Of a stretch of DNA of 54,013 bases, positions 9,278 through 18,202 are shown one piece after another. Source of the stretch: an uncultured Candidatus Saccharibacteria bacterium (GTDB lineage: Bacteria; Patescibacteriota; Saccharimonadia; Saccharimonadales; UBA10212). Under the pieces are notes generated by a model. That model was not told where the DNA came from. It made no database searches and worked only from the letters and a program-made list of their open reading frames with translations. How positions within the stretch are numbered: the stretch's first letter is position 1; each line of letters opens with the position of its first letter. The stretch lies in assembly GCA_964514575.1 (NCBI GenBank), contig CAZETJ010000001.1:1-54013 (forward strand), written 5' to 3'. The translations under genes were made by a program, and so were the position numbers.

Positions 9278-10157
9278 GAAGCAGCTCCAATTTATTTTCT
9301 AAAACTAATTCTAGGAGTTCTTTGGCTTGGTCGCGAAAATCTATACCTTTGTTTTCAAGATCGCTGATGGCGTCCTTTTGCAGACCGAGTGTCCGCTGTA
9401 TCAATACTGCCATTAGCTGCTCGGATTGGTGAGTTCTGGGTTCGGCCATGGCCAAAAAACTCGACAAAAAATATTTTGGGATGGCCCTAGTTTTGGCAAA
9501 ACTATAAAGCCTGGTAAAACACCATGCCATATCGTAGTAGCGGGCGTGGCGAGAAGAAAAGTTCTCATAATCAATCAGGGTTATTTTATTATCCGGCCGC
9601 AAATATGCATGTTTGTAGGCACTCATGTCTCCGTGGGCAATTCCGGGCTCCAAATATTGCCCAAACCCTGCTGAGATTTCTTTAATGCGCTTAGAATTAG
9701 CTTCAGAAATTAGTTTGTCAGCCACATTTTCGTCGGCCCAGCGAGAAATGCTGAGCTCTAAATTTTCGTAATTGGACGAGCCTTTATAGCCAACCTCTTG
9801 CTTTACTTGTAAGCGATCAAGTCGGGCCAAAAGCTCTGCCAATTTATCCAGTCTTGGTTTGACCTCCTCCAGACTCATATCCTCTTTAGCTACTGGTGGA
9901 TCATCTGTAAATTCTCTTATATAAAAATCTGCCCCGGAATCAAACACTGCCGGTACATGTAGGGCCAAGTCGGGCTGTTTTTGGGCTAGATCAGTAAAAA
10001 ATTGCATCCCGAGTACGTCATTCTGCATCCTCTTGACCCGAGTTTCTGGCGCCGTAGGTTTTGCGGTCTTTTTTACGGCAGGTTTACCCTGCCAGTCTAT
10101 CAACTCAACTAAAAAGTTCTCGTCGTCCTGCAAAACCTGGCTCGGCTCGTGTGTCAT
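9270..10157 (-). CDS. APH/choline-kinase-like phosphotransferase
   Basis: AVKK lysine, HGDM catalytic loop, LIDYE; overlaps the HAD start by 8 nt. Confidence 0.75.
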   Translation of the reverse strand: MTHEPSQVLQDDENFLVELIDWQGKPAVKKTAKPTAPETRVKRMQNDVLGMQFFTDLAQKQPDLALHVPAVFDSGADFYIREFTDDPPVAKEDMSLEEVKPRLDKLAELLARLDRLQVKQEVGYKGSSNYENLELSISRWADENVADKLISEANSKRIKEISAGFGQYLEPGIAHGDMSAYKHAYLRPDNKITLIDYENFSSRHARYYDMAWCFTRLYSFAKTRAIPKYFLSSFLAMAEPRTHQSEQLMAVLIQRTLGLQKDAISDLENKGIDFRDQAKELLELVLENKLELLHD

Positions 10158-10194
10158 TAATAAATTCCTCTTCCTTTTAGTTTATTATGAACGG

Positions 10195-10941
10195 GTGAAT
10201 AGAACTATTGTGGTCCCGCTCGAAAAAGCCGGGGAGATCGAGGCGGCGGGTGGCAAAGCAGCATCGCTGGCACGTCTGATAAGGGCTGGTTTTAGAGTTC
10301 CGCAAGGTTTTGTAATTACTACCGGCTCGGAAATGAAGATGAACTCGGGACTCGAGGCACAAATTTTGGACAAGTTTGACAAAATGGGTGTTGAGACAGT
10401 GGCCGTACGCTCCAGCGCCGTAGCTGAGGACGGTAAAAATGACGCCTGGGCGGGTCAATTCGATACGTTTTTGAATATAAAGCGGCCTGAACTTATCGAA
10501 ACGATCAAGAAGTGCTGGGGCTCAACGGAATCTGAAAGAGCTAAAGCCTACGCCAAGAATAAAAGCATAAAAAGCGGTGCCGTGGCTGTGATTGTCCAAG
10601 AGATGGTACCAAGCGACGTTGCCGGCGTAGCGTTCTCTGTACACCCGGTAACCCAAAACAAAAGTCAGGCTGTAATAGAAGCCGTGCGGGGCTTAGGTGA
10701 AGGTCTGGTTTCCGGCAAAATAACGCCAGATACATATGTAGTCGCCAAAGACACATTTGGATTTATTGAAAGCAGTCTATCTGGAGATAAACCCATCTTG
10801 GGTGAATCAAAGCTTATAGATATTACCCAGCAGATCATAAAGATTGAGGCCCTTTATGGCTTCCCGGTTGATGTGGAGTGGGCTCTTGCCGATGGCCGGT
10901 CATATATCTTGCAGAGCCGGCCAATTACCACTTTGAGTTAA
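10195..10941 (+). CDS. Stand-alone PEP/pyruvate-binding (PPDK_N ATP-grasp) domain protein
   Basis: GGKAASL, VPQGFVIT, VAVRSSA.AEDG...WAGQFDTFLN, VQEMV, DVEWA, LQSRPIT; probable GTG start at 10195. Confidence 0.9.
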   Translation: MNRTIVVPLEKAGEIEAAGGKAASLARLIRAGFRVPQGFVITTGSEMKMNSGLEAQILDKFDKMGVETVAVRSSAVAEDGKNDAWAGQFDTFLNIKRPELIETIKKCWGSTESERAKAYAKNKSIKSGAVAVIVQEMVPSDVAGVAFSVHPVTQNKSQAVIEAVRGLGEGLVSGKITPDTYVVAKDTFGFIESSLSGDKPILGESKLIDITQQIIKIEALYGFPVDVEWALADGRSYILQSRPITTLS

Positions 10942-10950
10942 AATATCTTT

Positions 10951-12042
10951 ATGACGGATAGGCGACAGGCAAAATTATACGAGACACAAAAGTCACTGAC
11001 TGAGTGGCTGGAAGATATAAAGCATAAAGACGCGGAGACAATTCGGCTGGAAGATAATGAGAAGCGCGAACGCCTAAAGGTCTTAAAAGAGACCATCGGC
11101 CTGCCCTTTGACGAGCCAGTTAAGTTTGAGGCGCTGGATATCCAAAATAACACTCAAAAACTGAGGGCTTATATCAAAAAACATGGTAGCGAGCTATGCG
11201 CCCTAAGGTTGATACCCAAAAAGGCCAGTTTGCCTAAACTACGCATGCGCGGGCAAACCGTGGGCAATGTCTTGAAGTGGTTTTTTGAGCAAAAAATAGA
11301 TGCCAAAAATTACCGTGCAGAATTTATACCGCATGCAGAAATTTCGCAGTGGTCGACCATTTTCATTGTTAACAAGCACGGAATCCAGGGCGAGATTATC
11401 CGCGGCGGACATTACCAATTAACTCAAGGCTTTTTTGATAATGGCCAGCCAATCGTTTTTTTCTTTGATTTTAAAAAATGGAGGCTTTCTGTAGACGATA
11501 AGGAGGCCAAGAGTCAGCTGGAAATAATTGCCAGCCATCTGTGCGTCAAGAATAATACCAAGCAAAAAATCATTAAGCAGAAACTCGGCGGCAAATTTGC
11601 TGGCGACTATTTGCTTGGTTATTTTGAAACTGCTTCCAGCCAAGAGTTTGGGCTTTGGTTCGTAGATTACAGCCAATCGCTTGGCAGAATGTACGAAGAT
11701 GTAGTGCTAAAAACCCGCAACAAAAGTAGCGGGCTGGTTAGCGGTCAGGCTGGTAGCCCGGGCAAAGTCCGCGGGCCAGTTTGTATCGTCAATGCAGACA
11801 AGATCGGTGTTGATTTTCCAGACGGAGGCATCTTAGTCTGCAACGTTACTACGCCTGATTTCGTGCCTCTTATGCAAAAGGCCGCCGCCATTATCACCGA
11901 TCAGGGTGGTATCTTATCTCACGCCGCGATCGTTGCTCGAGAACTTAAAATACCTTGCATTGTCGGCACTGGCGACGCTACGGCGGTACTAAAAAATGGC
12001 CAGATCGTAAGCGTTAACGCTGACCTTGGTATTGTTACTTAA
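10951..12042 (+). CDS. Unknown N-terminal domain plus PEP-utiliser mobile (phospho-His swivel) domain
   Basis: GSPGKVRGPV, TTPDFVPLM, GGILSHAAIVAREL.IPCIVG. Confidence 0.88.
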   Translation: MTDRRQAKLYETQKSLTEWLEDIKHKDAETIRLEDNEKRERLKVLKETIGLPFDEPVKFEALDIQNNTQKLRAYIKKHGSELCALRLIPKKASLPKLRMRGQTVGNVLKWFFEQKIDAKNYRAEFIPHAEISQWSTIFIVNKHGIQGEIIRGGHYQLTQGFFDNGQPIVFFFDFKKWRLSVDDKEAKSQLEIIASHLCVKNNTKQKIIKQKLGGKFAGDYLLGYFETASSQEFGLWFVDYSQSLGRMYEDVVLKTRNKSSGLVSGQAGSPGKVRGPVCIVNADKIGVDFPDGGILVCNVTTPDFVPLMQKAAAIITDQGGILSHAAIVARELKIPCIVGTGDATAVLKNGQIVSVNADLGIVT

Positions 12043-12424
12043 TTTCTGGGAAGCGCTTGGGGTCAGCGGCGTAGTATTTTGCCCATTTGTTGCTAGCCGG
12101 CAGAGTCACGGTGTCAATAAAATGGCCTTTTTTGAAACCGCCGTTGGTGCGGCGCTTTTCAGCTTGGCGTTTTTTTAAATCATTCTTGGACAGTTTGAGA
12201 TGTTCGGTTAAGGAGTCAACTAGTTCCTGCAAATCGGCCAATTCGCCGACTGATAAATCGCTGTAGCGAAGCTCCGTCGCCTCCTCGATAATTTTTTTAA
12301 GTAGAGCCTTGGTGAGTTTATCGCCGGAAACAGTTTTATATTTAACGCCCCCACCCATATCAAAATGAGTCTGTACGATCCTGTCTCGCACCAATTTGTT
12401 AAGCCTGAAGGTTCGGGTTTTCAT
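12035..12424 (-). CDS. MazG-like all-alpha NTP pyrophosphohydrolase (COG4997-like)
   Basis: NKLVRDRI, KIIEEA.E, ELADLQEL, GGF.K motifs. Confidence 0.82.
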   Translation of the reverse strand: MKTRTFRLNKLVRDRIVQTHFDMGGGVKYKTVSGDKLTKALLKKIIEEATELRYSDLSVGELADLQELVDSLTEHLKLSKNDLKKRQAEKRRTNGGFKKGHFIDTVTLPASNKWAKYYAADPKRFPEIK

Positions 12425-13008
12425 TACTCGGTCCCAAAAATCCGGGGATTCTTTTCAAGGATTTTCAGTAGTTGCTGGTAGTATTCATCTACCCTAGGAT
12501 TTTTATCAATCTTACCGACTTTGATGCTCTGCATCTTCTCAAGCGTTATGCCGTGTTTTTTCCAAGCCTTGCCTTCATAAAGATAGTTGTTAATTATCGG
12601 CACCAGTTTATCGAGAGCAAAAACAAATTTAGCCTCTTCTGAAGACAGATTTTCATATTCATAAACCGATTTGTGAAGCGAGTTGAAAGCCGGCCATTGT
12701 TCCCTGAGTTTCCGTACAGCGATAGCTTCTTTTTGCCTTTGATCAGCTAGTGTTTTGACCGGTGCGAACGCTATGACATCGCCTGCATAAACTTCCACAA
12801 TATCGTGCACCATGGCGAGGCAGACGGCACGGTATTTATCAAGTTTAAGTTCATCCCGATCGATGATAAACCATGCAATGAAAGCTAACTGGTAGCTATG
12901 TTCAGCATCGTTCTCTTGAGTTGTGCCGTCTAGAATCAAAGCTCGCCGAACATTTCGTATTTCATGAGTAAACTTTACAAAATCGATCAAATCATTGATA
13001 TCGCTCAA
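12424..13008 (-). CDS. HD-domain phosphohydrolase (YfbR/HD_3-like)
   Basis: ENDAEHS, VHDIVE..AGD, EA.FV.ALDKL; TTG start overlaps the NUDIX stop. Confidence 0.9.
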   Translation of the reverse strand: MSDINDLIDFVKFTHEIRNVRRALILDGTTQENDAEHSYQLAFIAWFIIDRDELKLDKYRAVCLAMVHDIVEVYAGDVIAFAPVKTLADQRQKEAIAVRKLREQWPAFNSLHKSVYEYENLSSEEAKFVFALDKLVPIINNYLYEGKAWKKHGITLEKMQSIKVGKIDKNPRVDEYYQQLLKILEKNPRIFGTE

Positions 13009-13556
13009 AGCTCACCCCGGTTTTGACTTCTAAGCTTTTTGAGTAGTTTCAGCTCATACCCAACGAACACCCACTGATCATCTTTGCCAATCAGCTCACT
13101 CAGTTCATCAAAAGAACGCCACTCTATCTTTTCCACTTCGGCTTCTTCTAGTTTCAGTCGTGCGGTATCACCCGACCAATTTACTAAAAATATTTCCAAA
13201 AATTCTCGGTCAATTGCGCCAGTAACTTTATCATCATTGATATATTTGAACGCAATGGCGTGCCTGAACTTATTTTCTGGTAACAAGACACCTAGTTCTT
13301 CTTGCAATTCTTTTTGGGCACATCCAAGATATGTGTCCCCTGGCCCCAAATGCCCGCCAAAACAAGGCTCCCACATCCCAGGACATGTGTCTTTAAATTG
13401 GGAGCGTTTCTGGCACAGTACTGTGTCCCCGTCAATCACCCATACATCTATACTTCTGTGCCAAATTCCTTTTTTATGAGCCGTACCCCTTTCAATTGGT
13501 TCTACCGGTCGGTTGTTCGCATCAACTGCAAGCAACAGTTCCTTGGGATCTATCAC
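13005..13556 (-). CDS. NUDIX hydrolase (IDI-like subfamily)
   Basis: AHKKGIWHRS, QKRS..K...PG.W, GGH...G....A.KELQEELG. Confidence 0.9.
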   Translation of the reverse strand: MIDPKELLLAVDANNRPVEPIERGTAHKKGIWHRSIDVWVIDGDTVLCQKRSQFKDTCPGMWEPCFGGHLGPGDTYLGCAQKELQEELGVLLPENKFRHAIAFKYINDDKVTGAIDREFLEIFLVNWSGDTARLKLEEAEVEKIEWRSFDELSELIGKDDQWVFVGYELKLLKKLRSQNRGEL

Positions 13557-16186
13557 AGCTCGCCCCAGTTTTTGCCGATAGAAATGTCTGCTTTGAGTTT
13601 AACGGGCAGTTTATAGGCGGATTCCATGGTGTCTTTTAGAATTTTGCCTACTGACTCCGCTGCTTTAGCTGGTACTTCTACCAGCAGACTGTCGTGGATC
13701 TGCAGAAGCAATTTAGCGTCTGCGGGTAACTTTGGCGCTACTTGTACCATGGCTAACTTCATAATGTCAGCGGCCGAGCCCTGCATAGGATGGTTAATGG
13801 CGGCGCGGTAAGCCGCTTCGCGGACAACGAAATTGGAGGAATGAATGTCCGGAGTCGGTCGGCGGCGGCCTAGCAACGTCTCAACATAACCTTGTTTCTC
13901 GGCCTGTTCCCTCAACTTCTCGATATATTTTTTCAGACCAGGACGAATCTCGAAATAGCGCCTAATAAAATCGCGTGCTCCGCCGAACGTCATGCCGGTA
14001 GACTGGGATAGGGCATGCGGACCAAGGCCATACATAATGCCAAAGTTCACCTCTTTAACGGATGAGCGTTGAGCTTTAGTTACTTTCTCAGCAGGAATGT
14101 TATAAATCTGGGCAGCAGTTTCGACATGGATGTCGGCGTCATGGTTGAAAGCATCTATCATCTCCTTTTCGCCCGAAAGAGCCGCGGCAATTCGTAGTTC
14201 GAACTGGCTGTAGTCGGCACTGACTAGTTGATTGCCACGCTCGGCTACGAAAGCAGTGCGGATATTGCGGCCAAGCTCGGTTTTGACCGGGATGTTTTGG
14301 AGATTCGGATCAGTGCTAGACAAGCGGCCGGTTGGGGCAATCGTCAGATTAAAGGTGGTGTGTACCCTGCTATCTTTATCAACTAGTTTGGGCAGAACGT
14401 CCGCGTAAGTATTCTTAAGTTTGGTCGCCTCACGGAACTGCGTAATGAGATCGATGACCGGATGCGCGCCCTGCAGCTTGGCCAGTTCTGAGGCAGCCGT
14501 CGAAAAGCCAGTTTTGCCTTTTTTGATCCCAACCTTAGGCAGGTTTAGCTTGGTAAATAGAACGTCAGCCAGTTGGCTGGGGCTGCCGATGTTAAACTCA
14601 TGATCAGCATAGCCATAAATTTGCTGCTCAATATCGCTGATGTCGCCTTCCAGCTTCTTAGCGAACTTTTTAAGATAGTCAGTATCAAGTTTGATACCGG
14701 CCATTTCCATATCGGCTAGCACCGGAGTCAGCGGCCATTCAATCTTATCGGCCAACTCAGCCAATTTGGGCATGGCTTTCAATTCTTTCAGTTGGCTGGC
14801 GTAAAGTTCGCGAATCACGGCCACGAATTCAGCGCCGCGCGGGATTAGGTCTTCGGTCGGTAAATCTTCGAAGCTAGCTCCCTCATAATCGAGGCTGGCT
14901 TTGGCTAAATCCGTCAGGCTTTGGGCGCGCAGCAGCGGGTTTATCAAGAAAGCGCCTACGAGTACGTCGTGGTCGACTGTAGGCCAGCCGATATCAAGGT
15001 TTTTTAGGACCTTAAGACTGCTCTTAACGTCATAGCCAGCTACTTTTTTGCCGGCCAGCAACTTATCTAGCGATTCCTGAACCAGATTATTATCAAGTTT
15101 GGCTAAATCAAGGGTATAGGCTTGCTGGCTATCGCCTAAAATTATTACTCTTGGCTCGGCGCCCTGTTGGCCAGCTGCTCGGGTATGGATAAAAGTTGTT
15201 TCTTTATCTGGTAGACTGATGCTCTCAAGCTCTTTGTCCGAGCTGACCACAGTATGCTTAGGAACTTTCAGGTTGGATGAAACCGTCTGCGTTGAATCTT
15301 CTGGCGCGCGCATATTTTCCGGCAAGTTGCGCAGCAAGCTCCTAAATTCTAGATCCTCAAGTAGTTTACGTAGTTGTTTAACGTCCACGTGTTTGCCGTC
15401 CATGGCTTTGAGATCGAGCTTCACCGGTGCGTCGCACCAGATAGCGGCGATTTTCTTAGACAAATAGGCCAGGTCTTTACCCACCTCCAGTTTTTTGCGC
15501 AGCGTATCTTTAATTTCCGGCAAATGTTTGTAAATGTTATCCAAAGTTTCGTATTTTTGCAGCAGCTCCAGGGCTGTTTTTTCACCAACGCCCGGCACAC
15601 CGGGGATATTATCGGAGCTGTCGCCTTTCAGCGACTTAAAGTCCAAAAACTGGTCGACTTTGATACCATATTTAGTCTCGAAACTCGCCGGATGGAACTC
15701 TTCGATCTCGGAAAAGCCGCGCTTCAGCGCGTAGACTTTGACGTGGCCATTAATTAACTGCAGGGCATCCAGATCAGAGGTAATAAGGTCGGTCTCAATA
15801 TCTTTGGTGCGCGCTTGGACGGCTAATGTGCCCATGATATCGTCGGCTTCGTAGTCGTCCAGCTCGTAAAGTGGCCAGCCAAAAGCGCTCAAAAGGTCGT
15901 GCAAGATTGGTATCTGCGTATAAAAATCCGGTGGCGCCGGTTTGCGCCCGGCTTTATACTCCGGATACATTTTGACGCGCTTGCGGATATTGGTCTTAGG
16001 TTTGTCCCAGGCTACAGCCACGTAGTCAGGCTTTAATTTCTTGATAAGTTCCAGCGCCATAGTGGCAAAACCGTAGACTCCTCCGGTCGGCACGCCGTCT
16101 TTTGTAGAAAGATTGGGCAGCGCATAATAACCTCGGTAAAAGACGCTTTTACCGTCGATGATAGCCAGTTTTTTCCTCTCCGCCAT
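13553..16186 (-). CDS. polA: DNA polymerase I
   Basis: 5'-3' exonuclease (YKAGR, EADD, LKGDSSDNIPGVPGVGEKTA); Pol A motifs TGRLSS.DPNLQNIP, DYSQFELR, QIHDSL. Confidence 0.99.
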   Translation of the reverse strand: MAERKKLAIIDGKSVFYRGYYALPNLSTKDGVPTGGVYGFATMALELIKKLKPDYVAVAWDKPKTNIRKRVKMYPEYKAGRKPAPPDFYTQIPILHDLLSAFGWPLYELDDYEADDIMGTLAVQARTKDIETDLITSDLDALQLINGHVKVYALKRGFSEIEEFHPASFETKYGIKVDQFLDFKSLKGDSSDNIPGVPGVGEKTALELLQKYETLDNIYKHLPEIKDTLRKKLEVGKDLAYLSKKIAAIWCDAPVKLDLKAMDGKHVDVKQLRKLLEDLEFRSLLRNLPENMRAPEDSTQTVSSNLKVPKHTVVSSDKELESISLPDKETTFIHTRAAGQQGAEPRVIILGDSQQAYTLDLAKLDNNLVQESLDKLLAGKKVAGYDVKSSLKVLKNLDIGWPTVDHDVLVGAFLINPLLRAQSLTDLAKASLDYEGASFEDLPTEDLIPRGAEFVAVIRELYASQLKELKAMPKLAELADKIEWPLTPVLADMEMAGIKLDTDYLKKFAKKLEGDISDIEQQIYGYADHEFNIGSPSQLADVLFTKLNLPKVGIKKGKTGFSTAASELAKLQGAHPVIDLITQFREATKLKNTYADVLPKLVDKDSRVHTTFNLTIAPTGRLSSTDPNLQNIPVKTELGRNIRTAFVAERGNQLVSADYSQFELRIAAALSGEKEMIDAFNHDADIHVETAAQIYNIPAEKVTKAQRSSVKEVNFGIMYGLGPHALSQSTGMTFGGARDFIRRYFEIRPGLKKYIEKLREQAEKQGYVETLLGRRRPTPDIHSSNFVVREAAYRAAINHPMQGSAADIMKLAMVQVAPKLPADAKLLLQIHDSLLVEVPAKAAESVGKILKDTMESAYKLPVKLKADISIGKNWGEL

Positions 16187-16223
16187 TACTCAAATTATAC
16201 CTTTAGTTTGCTAAGCTATAAAC

Positions 16224-16802
16224 ATGGCCAAAGTCAAATTAATAGCTATCGCTGGTATGCCCGGTTCTGGTAAGGGGACATTAACTGACTATTTGCAGGA
16301 CGAACGCCAGTTCCCTGTCGTCCATTTCGGTAACATGGTTTATGAAGAGGTCCAGCGCCTAGGATTAAATAACGTCAAGGATGAGAAATTTGTCCGTGAA
16401 GATATGCGCAAGCAAGATGGTAAAGAGGTCTTAGCCAAACGAGCGGCAAATAAAGCAGACGAGTTATTGAAAAGCGGAGCGCCGATAATTGTTCTGGATG
16501 GTTTATATAGCTGGAGCGAGTATAAGTACTTGGCGAATAAGTACGGCGACCAGCTTTTACTACTTGCCGTGACCGCTCCCCGGCATCTTCGTTATGAGCG
16601 GGCTCTTGGTCGTGATGAAGCTCACCGAAAATACACCTCTGCCGAGCAAATTCGCGAGCGTGACTATGCTGAAATCGAAAACCTGGAAAAGGGCGGCCCA
16701 ATTGCCTTTGCTGACTATACGATCGTTAATGACGGCACGCCCGAACAACTGCTCGAAAAGTTGGATTCGATTCTAAAAAACTTGAACCTATTTTTCAATT
16801 AG
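16224..16802 (+). CDS. P-loop kinase, archaeal UPF0200/dephospho-CoA-kinase-like
   Basis: GMPGSGKG Walker A, LDGLYS..E, RD..EIE.LEKG.PIA.AD..I.N. Confidence 0.75.
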   Translation: MAKVKLIAIAGMPGSGKGTLTDYLQDERQFPVVHFGNMVYEEVQRLGLNNVKDEKFVREDMRKQDGKEVLAKRAANKADELLKSGAPIIVLDGLYSWSEYKYLANKYGDQLLLLAVTAPRHLRYERALGRDEAHRKYTSAEQIRERDYAEIENLEKGGPIAFADYTIVNDGTPEQLLEKLDSILKNLNLFFN

Positions 16803-18167
16803 GCTTTCCCTTTTTTTGACCGCGTCGCTTCTGGCATTATCGCCGCTAACTCCCAGCCGCCTATAGACGGTACCGACGCGTCCCTTAAGTTGTATAAGGG
16901 TCATGCCCACCAGCTGAGCAATTTGCCTGTTATTCAAGCCTGCAGCTAAATGTTCAAGTATTTCCTCATCCGTTTGGCTGAGTTTGTAGTTATTACCTTT
17001 GCTATCCACAAAATTACCAATTTTGCTATCGGCCTCTTCCCTGACTGGGTCTCCAGAGTCCGTCTGAAAGGCTTCGACATCCTTGGTCTTATCCCGCAAC
17101 TCGCCCAATCGTGCCAGTCGTTTTAGAATCTCTTTCTCCTGATCACTGATGTAGTCACGTGAATGTCCTAAGAGTTTAGCGATTTCGTCGTAGGAAAGCG
17201 GCTGTTTGTTTCCGAGTCCGTAATGAAGTACCAATATTTCGCGCTCCATGGGCGTTAGACAGTCCAGCCCTTCCTTGAGAGCCGAGATACGACCAAGTGC
17301 GTAGACCGTTTCTTCCTCGGCCTCGTTGGAGCTGACAGCTATTAGTTCACCTAGCTCTGTTTCTTCATCGGGACCAACCAGCTTGTTAAGCGAAGTGGCG
17401 ACTATTGGAGCGTCCAAACTGTCCTTAACCACCCCTGGTTCATAGTTAGTATTTTCAGCTACTTCATTGAGTGTTGGGTAGCGCTGTAACTCCTGGGTCA
17501 ACATCGGTATGGAGCCTCTGACGTTTTGGCGCTGTTGGACTATATCTACCGGAAGGTGGATGGTGCGCGACTCCATGACTAGCGAACGGTCAATCGCTTG
17601 GTGGATCCACCAAGCGGCATAAGTCGAGAATCTAAAACCGCGGCCTGGATCGAATTTTTCGACGGCCCGAATTAGACCAAGCGCTCCACTTTGAATCAAA
17701 TCTTCGAAGTCTAGGCCCTTCCTCAAGTACCCTCCAGCAATTTTCACAACCAGCCGCATATTAGAGTTAATCATTTCCTCTCGGGCGGCCTCGTCTCCCA
17801 GCCTGATGCGCTTGGCCAGTTCAATCTGCCGGCTGGGAGATGGCACTTTAAACCGGCCGAAGGAGTTTTTCATCAACTTGACGGTGTCCATTTGCGCGTA
17901 TTCGTTACTGCTGGGTCGCGACTCGGCTTCGTCTTGCTCTTGAAGTTCCTCGTCAGTCGGTTCTTCGACTCCGTCTAACAGATCGCCGAGTTCGACTTCG
18001 CCAAACTCCTCAATACCGGGTTCGTCGAATTCCGGTAAGTCTAGCGATTCATCAACTAGCTCCAGATGCCGATGATGAGTTAGGGCTCGCAGAGCCACAA
18101 CATGCCCCGGAATAGAATAAGTGCCCACCTCGCTTCTGGGTTCTAATCTCTCCGCGGGAACTGCCAT
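16788..18167 (-). CDS. Alternative sigma-70 factor (RpoD/RpoS-like regions 1.2-4) fused to a C-terminal LuxR-type HTH
   Basis: [38 protein letters not shown]; region 4 LT..EREIL.LHYGL; then LS..DEEIL.HLAAGLNNRQIA.LVG......K.RV..VY.RLGV. Confidence 0.88.
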   Translation of the reverse strand: MAVPAERLEPRSEVGTYSIPGHVVALRALTHHRHLELVDESLDLPEFDEPGIEEFGEVELGDLLDGVEEPTDEELQEQDEAESRPSSNEYAQMDTVKLMKNSFGRFKVPSPSRQIELAKRIRLGDEAAREEMINSNMRLVVKIAGGYLRKGLDFEDLIQSGALGLIRAVEKFDPGRGFRFSTYAAWWIHQAIDRSLVMESRTIHLPVDIVQQRQNVRGSIPMLTQELQRYPTLNEVAENTNYEPGVVKDSLDAPIVATSLNKLVGPDEETELGELIAVSSNEAEEETVYALGRISALKEGLDCLTPMEREILVLHYGLGNKQPLSYDEIAKLLGHSRDYISDQEKEILKRLARLGELRDKTKDVEAFQTDSGDPVREEADSKIGNFVDSKGNNYKLSQTDEEILEHLAAGLNNRQIAQLVGMTLIQLKGRVGTVYRRLGVSGDNARSDAVKKRESLIEK

Positions 18168-18202
18168 TTAACTAGATTGTACCTAAAGTGTTAGCCAAAA
18201 AA

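Noticed and set aside
12035-16186. 2-aminoadenine (Z-DNA) biosynthetic system
   Set aside because: No PurZ/PurA homologue in the window, and polA has a normal 5'-3' exonuclease housekeeping architecture
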